Assembly: GCA_030648835.1 (NCBI GenBank)
Contig: JAUSGT010000001.1
Location: forward strand, 551 to 64,550
Origin: Candidatus Moraniibacteriota bacterium
GTDB lineage: Bacteria; Patescibacteriota; Minisyncoccia; Moranbacterales; UBA1568
Reading direction: 5' to 3'
DNA length: 64,000 nt
Part shown: piece after piece, positions 1 to 10,153 of the stretch
Position numbering within the stretch: the first letter of the stretch is position 1
How the letters are laid out: the number at the start of each line of letters is the position of its first letter
Notes under the pieces: generated by a model
Told to the model about the DNA's origin: nothing
Databases searched by the model: none
The model's input: only the letters and a program-made list of their open reading frames with translations
Position numbers and translations under genes: made by a program

Positions 1-330
<330 letters not shown>

Positions 331-533
331 TTTCTTTTTTCTAAGCTTGTTTTACTCTTGTAAGAGAGTAAGGTGAGTGACGGTTAGCAGTGAAGAGTGC
401 TTGCAATGACAGACATATACAATTATTACCAAACGAAGCGAGCGTAGTGAAAGTAAGCTTTCACTATCGAGCGCAGTGCTGGTAAAATCGGGTTAAGTAC
501 CCGTTATTATTAGACAGACAATTTGGAGGGGAG

Positions 534-649
534 TGTTTCCGGTGCCTCTAGCGATAGGGTCACACCTGATCCCATACCGAACTCAGCAGTTAAGCCTATC
601 AGCGCTGATGGTAGCCTTCAGTGGCAAGAGTAAGTCGGTGCCGGGAACA
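534..649 (+). rRNA. rrf: 5S rRNA
   Basis: About 116 nt containing 'cacctgatcccataccgaactcagcagttaagc', the hallmark of the 5S loop region. The 5' and 3' ends pair to form helix I. It lies about 200 nt downstream of the 23S end. Confidence 0.85.
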
Positions 650-668
650 ATCCTCTTCAAAACAATAC

Positions 669-707
669 AAAAACAACCTGCATAAGGCTGTTTTTTGTTT
701 GTGGTAT
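669..707 (+). terminator. Rho-independent terminator after the 5S rRNA
   Basis: Hairpin 'caaaaacaacc-tgcataa-ggctgtttt' followed by a T-run. It is immediately followed by a 'tggtataat' -10-like box for the next gene. Confidence 0.5.
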
Positions 708-742
708 AATGAAAACAATTACGAATTCATTCAGTATTTTCT

Positions 743-1588
743 ATGGCCTTGCCTCGCTTACCCAAACAGTTTGTCATTGCTTTTATTTATCTTTTTTTTG
801 TGGTGCTTTTGGGTGTGCTTGTGTACGTTACTTTTATCAAAGCGCCGGAAACCTGTTTTGATAGTCTAGAGAATCAGAATGAGACCGGTATCGACTGTGG
901 CGGTGTTTGCGCGGCCGTGTGCAAAGAAAACATTGTCGGAGAAGACTTGCAATTTACTGAAGTGGCTTTTGTTCCGGCGGGAGATGGGAAATATGATGTT
1001 TTGGCGAAAGTCTACAACTCCAATGATGTGGAAGGGGCTTCTTCATTCACATACACGGTGACGCTGAAAGACGGCACCGGGAAAGGGATCGCTACGCGCT
1101 CGGGGAAAAATTATATATTGCCACAGGAAAGCAAATACATCTTGGAGCTCAACTTGGAGGCAACCGCGCCAGCCGCGGTGGATTTCGTTGTAGACAGCGT
1201 AGCGTGGGCGCGTCTTTCCGGGTATCAGGAAAAGCCGGCTGTCAATGTCTATCAGAAAAGTTACAGCCAGATTTCTTCCGGCGCCGGTTTCAGTGAGGCC
1301 AAAGGATTGCTCTCCAATCAAAGTCCCTATGACTTCCGTTCGATTATCGTGAGAGTGATACTTCGCGATGCTGCAGGCTCGCCGCTGGCTTTCAACGCGA
1401 CAGAAATTCGTACGGTGCGCGCCAGCGAAGAACGTGATTTCCGTCTGGTGTGGCCCAGCGCTTTTCCCGGGACAGTGGAGAAGGTTGAGATGGAAGTGGA
1501 CGCCGATGTCTATCATTCGGACAACTTTATCCGCCAGTATCTGCCTGGCGGAAAATTTCAGGAATTTACTCCGCCAACAGCCTTTTAA
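743..1588 (+). CDS. Hypothetical N-terminally membrane-anchored protein
   Basis: 281 aa ORF with a single N-terminal hydrophobic helix (FVIAFIYLFFVVLLGVLVYV) followed by a soluble domain. No recognisable family. Confidence 0.5.
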   Translation: MALPRLPKQFVIAFIYLFFVVLLGVLVYVTFIKAPETCFDSLENQNETGIDCGGVCAAVCKENIVGEDLQFTEVAFVPAGDGKYDVLAKVYNSNDVEGASSFTYTVTLKDGTGKGIATRSGKNYILPQESKYILELNLEATAPAAVDFVVDSVAWARLSGYQEKPAVNVYQKSYSQISSGAGFSEAKGLLSNQSPYDFRSIIVRVILRDAAGSPLAFNATEIRTVRASEERDFRLVWPSAFPGTVEKVEMEVDADVYHSDNFIRQYLPGGKFQEFTPPTAF

Positions 1589-1694
1589 GAGAGAATCAAG
1601 AATGGTGAATCGTGAATAAAAGACTCAACAGACATAGCTTTCTTAATTTTCATGATTCTTGATTCCGGATTCGTGATTCTATTTTCTTACCCCC

Positions 1695-2813
1695 ATGTTG
1701 CGGACACTTCTCAAATTTGATTGGATGCTCATCGCGGTGACAGTCCTTCTTTTGGGAGTGAGTCTCCTCACACTTTCCAGTCTCTCCGCGGTAGGCAACG
1801 TGGATTATTTTCTCCGGCAGTCGGTTTTTTCCCTGCTTGGTCTGGGGGTGATGTTGTTTGTCGGTTTTTTGGATTATCGACATATAGAAAAACAGAGCAC
1901 AGCGCTGTATTTTATCACGGCGATTGCTCTTTTCGGTGTGCTTCTTTTTGGGACCACGGTGCGCGGTACGGCAGGCTGGCTTTCTTTTGGTGTGTTTCAA
2001 GTCCAACCGGTGGAAGTCGCCAAGGTGACGCTCATCATCTTTCTTGCCAGCTTCATTTCCAAGAAAAAATCGGAACTTGGCGAATGGACACGGGTTATCG
2101 CGTCGCTCGTCCTTTCTGCGGTACTCATTTTTTTGGTTTTACGGCAACCCGATCTTGGTTCCAGTCTTGTGTTGGCCATTATCTGGGGTGGGATGATATT
2201 CGCATCGGGACTGAGAGCAAAGCATCTTGTCACCTTGTTTCTTCTCGGGACACTGCTTGTTTCCAGCGGTTGGTTTGCCTTGGCGGATTATCAGAAGGAG
2301 CGTATCAATACCTTCATTCATCCGGAATCCGATCCGCGCGGCTCGGGATACAATGTACTTCAGGCGATCGTGGCTGTCGGTTCGGGGGGGATTTCCGGTA
2401 AAGGGATCGGACATGGTTCACAATCTCAACTCAACTTTCTTCCAGAAAAACATACCGATTTCATTTTTGCCGTGATTGCCGAGGAACTCGGGTTGACGGG
2501 AGCCTTCTTTGTCATTGGCCTCTATCTCGTGCTTTTGTATCGGATCAAACGTATTGGTGATACGGCCAGTGACAATTTCGGCTATCTGGTCGCGGTCGGG
2601 GTGTTGGTGATGTTTCTGGCCCATATTGTCATCAATATTGGGATGAACATTGGGTTGCTTCCGGTGACGGGATTGCCGGCGCCGCTCCTCTCCTATGGGG
2701 GAAGCTCGCTTTTCTCAATGCTCTTTTCTCTGGGACTCCTTTTGAGTATTTACCGAAAGAAAAAAGGCAATGAAGACCTGCGTATTTCACTGGAAAAGAC
2801 ATCTATTGACTAA
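1695..2813 (+). CDS. FtsW/RodA/SpoVE family peptidoglycan glycosyltransferase (SEDS protein)
   Basis: 372 aa polytopic membrane protein with the conserved SEDS core 'SGGISGKGIGHGSQSQLNFLPEKHTDFIFAVIAEELGLTGA'. Confidence 0.9.
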   Translation: MLRTLLKFDWMLIAVTVLLLGVSLLTLSSLSAVGNVDYFLRQSVFSLLGLGVMLFVGFLDYRHIEKQSTALYFITAIALFGVLLFGTTVRGTAGWLSFGVFQVQPVEVAKVTLIIFLASFISKKKSELGEWTRVIASLVLSAVLIFLVLRQPDLGSSLVLAIIWGGMIFASGLRAKHLVTLFLLGTLLVSSGWFALADYQKERINTFIHPESDPRGSGYNVLQAIVAVGSGGISGKGIGHGSQSQLNFLPEKHTDFIFAVIAEELGLTGAFFVIGLYLVLLYRIKRIGDTASDNFGYLVAVGVLVMFLAHIVINIGMNIGLLPVTGLPAPLLSYGGSSLFSMLFSLGLLLSIYRKKKGNEDLRISLEKTSID

Positions 2814-2847
2814 ATATGATGTATGTTGCATAGTACAATACGTTCGT

Positions 2848-2995
2848 TGATCCCGCACCTACTTTACCGTTTTCTTCAGTGCGACGCGCGGGCGAATAGC
2901 TCGGTCCTATTCGGACCGGCGTTGCCATTTCAAAGAAGCAAATAGTCTGTAAACATAAGACGTTATTAGTAGCGGTAAAATAGGTGCGGGATTGA
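2848..2995. repeat. Intergenic element bounded by a near-perfect 20 bp inverted repeat, upstream of secG
   Basis: Left arm 'atcccgcacctactttaccg' and right arm 'cggtaaaataggtgcgggat', with an inner hairpin 'cggtcctattcggaccg'. Either a structured RNA or a MITE-like element. Confidence 0.4.
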
Positions 2996-3060
2996 CGGGT
3001 GACACCTTTTTTGTTACACTGAAAAGGCTTTGAAAAAGCTTTTTTTGTTTATCATACCTT

Positions 3061-3285
3061 ATGCGAGCTCTCCTTATAGCGCAGGCAATTGTCGCAATAT
3101 TTCTTGCGGTGTCTATTCTGCTTCAGAATCGCGGGGCTGGGTTGGGGAGCGCTTTTGGGGGTGATTTTGGCGGATATTACACCAAACGTGGTTTGGAAAA
3201 GTTCCTTTTGTATGCATCAGTGGTTCTGGCTATTGTCTTTTTTGTTTTGGCTATTGCCAACGTACGGTTGGCGCTCATAGTGTAG
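3061..3285 (+). CDS. secG: Preprotein translocase subunit SecG
   Basis: 74 aa with two TM helices and the typical SecG signature 'LLQNRGAGLGSAFGGDFGGYYTKRGLEKFL'. Confidence 0.8.
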   Translation: MRALLIAQAIVAIFLAVSILLQNRGAGLGSAFGGDFGGYYTKRGLEKFLLYASVVLAIVFFVLAIANVRLALIV

Positions 3286-3356
3286 TGAGGGTGCTCCTCG
3301 GGAGAGGGGCTAATTCGTAAAGTACGCCTATTCGTATTTTTAACTCCATCACTATT

Positions 3357-5036
3357 TTGAAAGGGCTAAACTGGATCCGTTTATTCCAAGCGATGAGGAC
3401 GAGGGATAAGGTTCTGGTGGCTTTTTTTTCCGGACTTGGCGTTGTTGCGCTTTTATTCTGGCTTTCCGCCTTGTATCTGGTTTCGACTAAAACTGTTCCG
3501 AAAGCGGGAGGTGAATACATCGAGGGGATCGCCGCTCAGCCGCGCTATATCAATCCGGTTCTCTCACAGACAAGCGAGGCAGACGCGGATTTGACGCAGC
3601 TTATTTACAGCGGTCTTTTCGGTTATGACGCATCCGGCAATTTGGTGAAACGAATGGCAGCGGACTGGAGCGTTTCCGGAGATGGGAAGCTGTACACGGT
3701 GACGCTTAGGCCAGGCATCAAGTGGCATGATGGCGAAGAAGTGACCGCGGACGATGTCCTCTATACCACTCAGGTCATTTTGGACCCAAGCTACAAGAGT
3801 CCGCTCAGGGCCATTTGGCAGACGGTGGAGGTGATGACGGTGGATCGCTATACGGTAACCTTCGCGCTCAAGAAACCGTATTTCGGATTTTTGGAAAACC
3901 TGGTATTGGGGATCCTCCCCAAGCATATCTGGGAAAATATCGCTCCGGAGAATTTCCTTTTGGCTGATTACAATCTCGCGCCGATTGGATCGGGTCCGTA
4001 CAGCTTTTTCGATTCCGAGAAAGATTCCAGCGGCAATATGCTCTCCTATGAATTACGCGCTTGGAATGATTATTTCGACGGAGCGCCCTACATTTCAAAA
4101 ATCATCTTTCATTTCTACCCCGACGAGGCGACGCTCATCGATGCCTACAACAGAAAAGAAGTATTGGGCATCAATTCCGTGACGCCGGAAAATCTTTCCC
4201 GGTTGGAAGAACACAAAAGCACCCGTGTCTATGATATCAATGTCCCGCGCATTTTTGCCGTTTTTTTCAATACGACCAAGAATGTCGCGTTGGCTCATGA
4301 CGAAGTGCGTCAGGCCTTGAGTTATGCCACAGACCGAAGCGCGATTATAGAGGAAGTGCTTTCCGGAAAAGGTCAGAGCGCCTATAGCGCGTTTTTGCCT
4401 TTTATGACCGGGTATGCCGCTGATCTCGAAAAACCCACTTTCGATATTGGGAAAGCCAACGCGCTTCTTGAAGACAACGGCTGGAAGCGGGGCGAGGACG
4501 GAGTGCGTTCCAAAAATGGTGACTCTCTGTCTATCGAGTTGACGGTACCCGACTGGCCGGAACTTACTCGGACAGCGGACTTGCTCAAGACGCAGTGGGG
4601 AGAGGCGGGCGCGCGCATCAGCGTGAATGTCCTTGGCGCCGCGGATCTTCAGCAGAATGCCATTCGACCACGCGAATATGAGGCTTTGCTCTTCGGGGAA
4701 GCGGCGATGATTGATTCCGACCCATATTCTTTCTGGCATTCGAGCAATAAGCACGACCCGGGTCTCAATCTGGCCCTTTTTGACAACAAAGATGCCGATG
4801 ATATACTGGCCACGCTGCGCGAGGAATTGGATCCGGAGAAGCTTCGCGAGAAGTACCGTGCGTTTCAGGAGATTCTCTTTGCGGAAAATCCGGCTGTCTT
4901 TCTTTACTCACCGACGTATCTGTATGTCGTGAACAGCACCGTCAAAGGTATCGATGTGCAAAGTGTGGACGCCGCGCCATTTCGCTTGAGCAATGTGAAG
5001 GATTGGTATATCAGTACTCAGCGTGTTCGTAAGTAA
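3357..5036 (+). CDS. ABC transporter substrate-binding protein, family 5 (peptide/nickel type)
   Basis: 559 aa with an N-terminal signal/anchor. Its length and motifs ('GIKWHDGEEVTADDV', 'PYSFWHSSNK') are typical of SBP_bac_5. No permease or ATPase lies adjacent. Confidence 0.75.
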   Translation: MKGLNWIRLFQAMRTRDKVLVAFFSGLGVVALLFWLSALYLVSTKTVPKAGGEYIEGIAAQPRYINPVLSQTSEADADLTQLIYSGLFGYDASGNLVKRMAADWSVSGDGKLYTVTLRPGIKWHDGEEVTADDVLYTTQVILDPSYKSPLRAIWQTVEVMTVDRYTVTFALKKPYFGFLENLVLGILPKHIWENIAPENFLLADYNLAPIGSGPYSFFDSEKDSSGNMLSYELRAWNDYFDGAPYISKIIFHFYPDEATLIDAYNRKEVLGINSVTPENLSRLEEHKSTRVYDINVPRIFAVFFNTTKNVALAHDEVRQALSYATDRSAIIEEVLSGKGQSAYSAFLPFMTGYAADLEKPTFDIGKANALLEDNGWKRGEDGVRSKNGDSLSIELTVPDWPELTRTADLLKTQWGEAGARISVNVLGAADLQQNAIRPREYEALLFGEAAMIDSDPYSFWHSSNKHDPGLNLALFDNKDADDILATLREELDPEKLREKYRAFQEILFAENPAVFLYSPTYLYVVNSTVKGIDVQSVDAAPFRLSNVKDWYISTQRVRK

Positions 5037-5183
5037 TTTAGAATTCTCAGATTTGGCGTATTTCTTTGTTGCAACCTCCAGTGCTCGACGCTGTATCGGA
5101 ATACAGCTTACTCCGCGCTTCAGTTGCGTCGTGAACTACGCTCAAATCTGAAAACTCTAAAAAAATAAAACACTTTTAATCTT

Positions 5184-6212
5184 ATGTTGAATCCAATCGA
5201 CAAGTCCAATCTTCGGCAGATGATTCTCGACAGCCCGGATCAGTTTCGCGTCGGTTTTGAGATTGCCAAAGATATTCGTATTCCGGGCACGTTTCGGTCC
5301 ATTATGATTTCCGGTATGGGAGGGTCGGCGCTTCCGGGGAATCTTTTCCGGATATACCTCAATAATCTTTTCAGACAAGACCGACCGAGTGAACAGCCGC
5401 TCTCCGTGTATCAAAACCGCTCCTACAATCTTCCGCCGGAGAGTTTTCATGAGTGTCTGAATTTTATTTGCTCGTATTCCGGGAATACCGAAGAAACTGT
5501 CGCTTCGTTTGAGGAGGCGCTGAAAAATGATCTACCCTGTATCGCTCTTTCGTCCGGTGGCAAGATCGAAGAGATGGCGCTGGCTCACGGGGTGCCTCAT
5601 GTGAAACTGCCTATTCCGTACGAAAACTTCCAGCCGCGCGTCGGGACGGGCTATTTCTTTGGCACTCTGTTTCAGATACTCGTCAATCAGGGGATGGTGC
5701 CCGATACGACAGGGGATCTTTTGAAAGAAGCGGCGGCACTCAAGCAGCATATGGGGGTTTTGGAAGAACAGGGAAAAGAGCTGGCCCAAAAAATAGCCGG
5801 GAGAACGCCGGTCATCTATACGACAGCCAAATACAAATCGGTAGCCATGGTGTGGAAAATCAAATTCAACGAAAACGCCAAAACGCCGGCTTTTTGGAAT
5901 TTTTTTCCGGAGCTGAATCACAACGAGATGGTTGGCTTCACATTGCCGCAAGGGAAGTTTTTTGTGCTGATGTTTCGTGATGCGGACGCGCATCCACAGA
6001 GCTTCAAACGTTTTGAGATTACGGCAAAATTGTTGCGCGAGAAAGGCGTGGAGGTGGAGGTACTGGATATGCAAGGAGAGGGAGTCTTTGCCAAGATATT
6101 CCTTTGCATCGCGCTCGCCGACTTCACCTCGTATTATCTGGCGCTCCAGTACGGACAAGACCCGACGCCGGTTGATATGGTAGAAAAACTTAAAGGCCTT
6201 CTGGCCGAATGA
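5184..6212 (+). CDS. Bifunctional phosphoglucose/phosphomannose isomerase (SIS domain, PGI/PMI family)
   Basis: 342 aa. The N-terminus 'SPDQFRVGFEIAKDIRIPG...ISGMGGSALPGNL' is the SIS-type PGI/PMI signature. It is clustered with manC. Confidence 0.75.
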   Translation: MLNPIDKSNLRQMILDSPDQFRVGFEIAKDIRIPGTFRSIMISGMGGSALPGNLFRIYLNNLFRQDRPSEQPLSVYQNRSYNLPPESFHECLNFICSYSGNTEETVASFEEALKNDLPCIALSSGGKIEEMALAHGVPHVKLPIPYENFQPRVGTGYFFGTLFQILVNQGMVPDTTGDLLKEAAALKQHMGVLEEQGKELAQKIAGRTPVIYTTAKYKSVAMVWKIKFNENAKTPAFWNFFPELNHNEMVGFTLPQGKFFVLMFRDADAHPQSFKRFEITAKLLREKGVEVEVLDMQGEGVFAKIFLCIALADFTSYYLALQYGQDPTPVDMVEKLKGLLAE

Positions 6213-6218
6213 AGAAAT

Positions 6219-7250
6219 ATGTATAGCGTCATTCTTTGTGGTGGTTCCGGGACACGGCTGTGGCCAATGAGTCGGAAAAATCTTCCGAAGCAGTTTTTGA
6301 AATTGTACGGTGATCAGTCGCTTTTGCAGGAGACCTATGTGCGCGTGCGGGAATTGCTTCCGATTGAGCATGTTTTTTTTGTGACGAATAAAGAGAATGC
6401 GCAGCATGTTTTGGAGCAGATCCAGGAATCGGAGAAAGAATTTCCGGAGAACCAGGTAATAATCGAACCGGCAGCTCGCAATACCGCTCCCGCGATCGCT
6501 CTTGCGATGAAGTATCTTGTCGAAAAAGTACGGATAGACGAAGCGGAACCGGTTTTATTTCTCCCGTCGGATCATTACATCGGTGGAAAAAACGCCTATC
6601 TCGAAACCGTAAAGAAAGTTCTCGACATAGGAGAGGATTGCATCGGGACGATCGGCATTGTGCCGACGAAAGCGGAAACAGGGTACGGATATATCCGTAA
6701 GGGGGAGAAGCGCCCCGATGGTTCTTTTTCCATACTTGAGTTCAAGGAGAAGCCGGACAAGGCGACCGCGGAAAAATATATTGCGTCGGGGGAATATCTC
6801 TGGAACTCCGGTATGTATTTTTTCAATGCGCGCACGTTTTTTGCCGAGCTCTCACTCCACGCTCCGGAAATAGCCCATTTCTTTGAAGACGGTTTTGAGA
6901 TGCTTCTGACAAAGTATGTTTCCGTTCCGGCAGTGTCTATCGATTACGCCATATCGGAAAAATCGCAGCGTGGTGTTGTATTCGCGGGGGAATTCGGCTG
7001 GAGCGATATCGGATCTTTCGACAGTCTGGCTGACATTATCGGGAATAATCCCGCGGCCCGGCACATCGGCATCGATTCGAAAAATGTCTACACCTATAGT
7101 ACGGAGAATCGTCTGATCGCGACCATCGGTGTGGAAGATCTGATTGTTGTCGAAACCAAGGGGAGCATTCTCATCTGCAAGCGTGGACACGCGGAGGATG
7201 TGCGGAAAGTTGTCGAGAAGCTGAAAGAAAGCGAGCCGGGGGAACTGTAG
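6219..7250 (+). CDS. manC: Mannose-1-phosphate guanylyltransferase (GDP-mannose pyrophosphorylase)
   Basis: N-terminal nucleotidyltransferase motif 'ILCGGSGTRLWPMSRKNLPKQF'. 343 aa. Confidence 0.85.
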   Translation: MYSVILCGGSGTRLWPMSRKNLPKQFLKLYGDQSLLQETYVRVRELLPIEHVFFVTNKENAQHVLEQIQESEKEFPENQVIIEPAARNTAPAIALAMKYLVEKVRIDEAEPVLFLPSDHYIGGKNAYLETVKKVLDIGEDCIGTIGIVPTKAETGYGYIRKGEKRPDGSFSILEFKEKPDKATAEKYIASGEYLWNSGMYFFNARTFFAELSLHAPEIAHFFEDGFEMLLTKYVSVPAVSIDYAISEKSQRGVVFAGEFGWSDIGSFDSLADIIGNNPAARHIGIDSKNVYTYSTENRLIATIGVEDLIVVETKGSILICKRGHAEDVRKVVEKLKESEPGEL

Positions 7251-7255
7251 AGGGG

Positions 7256-7284
7256 TTGACAAGGTAATGATGGCGTGCTAGAAT
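7256..7284 (+). promoter_or_regulatory. Consensus sigma-70 promoter (TTGACA-N17-TAGAAT)
   Basis: Exact -35 TTGACA, 17 nt spacer, then -10 TAGAAT. It is followed by about 170 nt of non-coding sequence and then tRNA-Leu. Confidence 0.6.
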
Positions 7285-7460
7285 GGAGAATCTGAAAACT
7301 TGGACACATTGTTTGAGTTTCGCACCTCTTCTCAAATAGTCATCATGTACGTCGTTTTTTCGCGTACCATAGGGCTTTTTAGCTTTTTCAGATAGGGAAT
7401 CCTAGCACTAGAGCAGAGCTCAGTGCGGGGCAGTCGCGCTAGTTTAACAGTAGTAAATAG

Positions 7461-7544
7461 GCCTTGGTGGTGGAATTGGTAGACACACTAGCTTCAGGTG
7501 CTAGCGGTAGCAATACCATGGGAGTTCGAGTCTCCCCTAAGGCA
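7461..7544 (+). tRNA. tRNA-Leu (anticodon CAG)
   Basis: Cloverleaf with acceptor gccttgg/ctaaggc, anticodon loop tTCAGgt, a long variable arm and T-loop GTTCGAGTC. Confidence 0.8.
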
Positions 7545-7751
7545 CAACGTAGAATAATTTTTTGGGATTATCCCAGAAAGTTCATCTTTCGTCAGGAGCA
7601 GATCTTACAAATCGCTTCAATATAATTCATTTCTGTTGGCGGATAAAAACACCTCAACAGAAAAACTTAATTAATCTTGTAGACAGGTTTTTGCTCGTAG
7701 ACTTTTTGAAGTTTACTTCGGCACAAACAGTTCGAACAAGGAAGTAACAAT

Positions 7752-9938
7752 ATGCAAACGAGCAATTCGTTTCAGAGAAACCGTAGGCCTCAGTCGAGAC
7801 CGGTGGATTCTTTTGGTGGCCGCGCCAATCAAAATAATGCCGGTCAAAATATATCTCGCCAGGCGAAAGCCCCGGCGGGAAGTTCTATCGGTGCCTTCGA
7901 AGGTATCGTCGCACATGCACAGGCGCCCCGCGCAGCTTTCAAAAAATCGGGGGAAGGAAGTGTTCGCCCGGTACAAAAACCAGCCTCGCGTAGCGCAAGT
8001 CTAGGTGGGCCGGTGTCTTCTCAAACCCCGAGAACCGGATTTGGGGTGTCGGCTTCGAATAAACCAAGTCTCGGCGGGTCCGGCGCGTCTTCTCCTCTGG
8101 GGCAGTCAAGTCGTAACCAGCGGTCGGGAGGCTTCAAACGCCAGGGGCCAAAACCAGCAGGGAAAAAGGGCGGGCAGCGGAATCGTCGGTTTGTCCCGGT
8201 AGCCGCTTCGCGCTTCGAGGTCAAATCGAATGGCGAGGTAGTGCCTCCGATCGGAGAAAAAATTCTGCGTATCATTCCGCTCGGCGGGCAGGAAGAAGTG
8301 GGCCGCAATATGACTGTCTTCGAATATGGTAATGATATCGTCATCATCGATATGGGCATGCAGTTCCCCGAAGAAGATATGCCGGGCATCGATTACATCG
8401 TGCCGAATGTCAATTATCTCAAAGGCAAAGAGAAAAATATCCGCGGTGTGGTCTTCACACATGGACACCTCGATCATATCGGGGCGGCTCCGATTCTCCT
8501 CAAAAAATTGAATTACCCGACCATTGTGGGACGTGACTTTACGTTGGCGCTCATTCAGCGCAAGGCGGAAGATTATGACAAGGGTTCATCGAAGCAATTG
8601 AAAATAGTCCGCGTGAAATCGCTCGCCGACCGTATCAAGCTAGGGGTTTTTGAGGTGCGTTTCTTCGAAGTGGAGCATTCGATTATGGATGCCATGGGGG
8701 TCGCGCTCGTGACGCCCAACGGATCCATCATCCACTTGGGCGATTGGATGATCAGCAATGAACCGCTGGTCCCCAAAGACGAAGAAATCAAATACGATCA
8801 CTTGGGAGCTTTGCCACAACCGACCATTCTTATGTTGGAAAGTCTCGGCGCCATCAAGAAGGGCATGCCGCCTTCCGAGACGGAAGTCCACCGCAATTTG
8901 CAGAACTTGATCAAGAGCTCGCCGGGGCGCATTATCATCGGGACGTTCTCCTCACAGGTGCGGCGCATCGCGTATCTTATCGAATACGCGGAACAAGTCG
9001 GCAAGAAAGTGGCTATCGAAGGCTACAGCATGAAAATGAATATCGAAGTAGCCAAAGAACTCGGCTATCTGAAAGCCAAGAACGATACGTTCATCACGGT
9101 AGCGGATATCCACAAATATCCCGATAAGCAGGTCGTGGTGATCTGCACCGGAGCGCAGGGAGAGTCGAACGCGGCCTTGACGCGCATCGTGACGGACAAT
9201 CATCGCTTCATCAAATTGCAGAAGAACGATACCATCGTGTTTTCTTCTTCGGTCATTCCGGGGAACGAACGCACCATCCAGCGCTTGAAGGACAACCTGT
9301 ATCGCAAGTGCGACAATGTCATCCACAGCGAGATTATGGAAATCCATATCGGCGGGCACGGCACCATCTGGGAAATCGAAGAAATCATTCGCCAGGTCAA
9401 GCCGACCTATATCCTGCCGGTGTATGCCAACCACTTTTTCATCGTTGAGGCGGCCAGGATCGCCTATCGTCTGGGATATCCGGAGAAGAATGTTTTTGTG
9501 ATGGACAACGGGCATGTGCTCGAAGTGCCGGAAGAAGACAAAGGCTTGCCGTATCTCTTGAAGGAGAAAGCCGACGCCAGTTACGTCTTTGTCGACGGTC
9601 TCGGTATCGGGGATATCGGGCACGTGGTACTCCGTGATCGCCAGATGCTGGCGCAAGACGGTATGGTGGTCGTTACGGTCATCATCGATTCCAAAACCAA
9701 AAACATTATCGGCAATGTCCAGATCACGTCGCGTGGATTTATCCATGTGAAAGAGAATTTCGATTTGGTGAACGAGACCAAACGCAAAGTGGAAAAAGTG
9801 GTGAAGGACAATACGTCCAGAGGCTCTTCCATCGATTGGGATCAGATTCGCAATCAGATCCGCGAAGGCGTGGGGCAGTTCCTCTTTACCAAGACGGAAC
9901 GTCGGCCTATGGTGCTTCCTGTCGTCATAGAAGTGTAA
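7752..9938 (+). CDS. rnj: Ribonuclease J (metallo-beta-lactamase / beta-CASP RNase)
   Basis: 728 aa. The core has 'HGHLDH' and 'GDWMI' motifs. About 170 aa of S/G/P/R/Q-rich low-complexity N-terminal extension. The true start may be internal. Confidence 0.85.
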   Translation: MQTSNSFQRNRRPQSRPVDSFGGRANQNNAGQNISRQAKAPAGSSIGAFEGIVAHAQAPRAAFKKSGEGSVRPVQKPASRSASLGGPVSSQTPRTGFGVSASNKPSLGGSGASSPLGQSSRNQRSGGFKRQGPKPAGKKGGQRNRRFVPVAASRFEVKSNGEVVPPIGEKILRIIPLGGQEEVGRNMTVFEYGNDIVIIDMGMQFPEEDMPGIDYIVPNVNYLKGKEKNIRGVVFTHGHLDHIGAAPILLKKLNYPTIVGRDFTLALIQRKAEDYDKGSSKQLKIVRVKSLADRIKLGVFEVRFFEVEHSIMDAMGVALVTPNGSIIHLGDWMISNEPLVPKDEEIKYDHLGALPQPTILMLESLGAIKKGMPPSETEVHRNLQNLIKSSPGRIIIGTFSSQVRRIAYLIEYAEQVGKKVAIEGYSMKMNIEVAKELGYLKAKNDTFITVADIHKYPDKQVVVICTGAQGESNAALTRIVTDNHRFIKLQKNDTIVFSSSVIPGNERTIQRLKDNLYRKCDNVIHSEIMEIHIGGHGTIWEIEEIIRQVKPTYILPVYANHFFIVEAARIAYRLGYPEKNVFVMDNGHVLEVPEEDKGLPYLLKEKADASYVFVDGLGIGDIGHVVLRDRQMLAQDGMVVVTVIIDSKTKNIIGNVQITSRGFIHVKENFDLVNETKRKVEKVVKDNTSRGSSIDWDQIRNQIREGVGQFLFTKTERRPMVLPVVIEV

Positions 9939-9945
9939 AGGAAAC

Positions 9946-9975
9946 AAAAAAGCTCTCCGAAATGGGGAGCTTTTT
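9946..9975 (+). terminator. Rho-independent terminator after rnj
   Basis: Hairpin 'aaaaagctctcc-gaaatg-gggagctttttg' followed by T-run. Confidence 0.6.
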
Positions 9976-10060
9976 GTTGTGTTGTATGTACCTGATAGCC
10001 AACAACCTTTCAGAGAGACGTTCGTTCACCCAGCGGTTCTCTCACTTCTGAAATTTTTTC

Positions 10061-10122
10061 GATCCGCCGAAACGTCGGCACCATGCTCGAAAAAAGTTCA
10101 AGCCTCTCTGGAAAGATTTTGG
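10061..10122 (+). repeat. Repeated intergenic motif, copy 1 (hairpin followed by the conserved 'GGCACCATGCTCgAAAAAAgTTCAAGCCTC' block)
   Basis: About 85% identical to the motif at 13589..13656. It contains a conserved micro-ORF, MLEKSSSLSGKILAIGA. Confidence 0.5.
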
Positions 10123-10153
10123 CTATAGGCGCATAGTTACTAGGCTTGTACGT

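Noticed and set aside
621-1061. Small ORFs (621..869, 879..1061) around the 5S rRNA and terminator region
   Set aside because: They overlap the rRNA or terminator, or sit in an alternative frame of the 743..1588 gene. They have no coding signal.
8952-9947. 331 aa minus-strand ORF antisense to rnj
   Set aside because: It lies entirely within the well-supported RNase J coding region and has no motifs.
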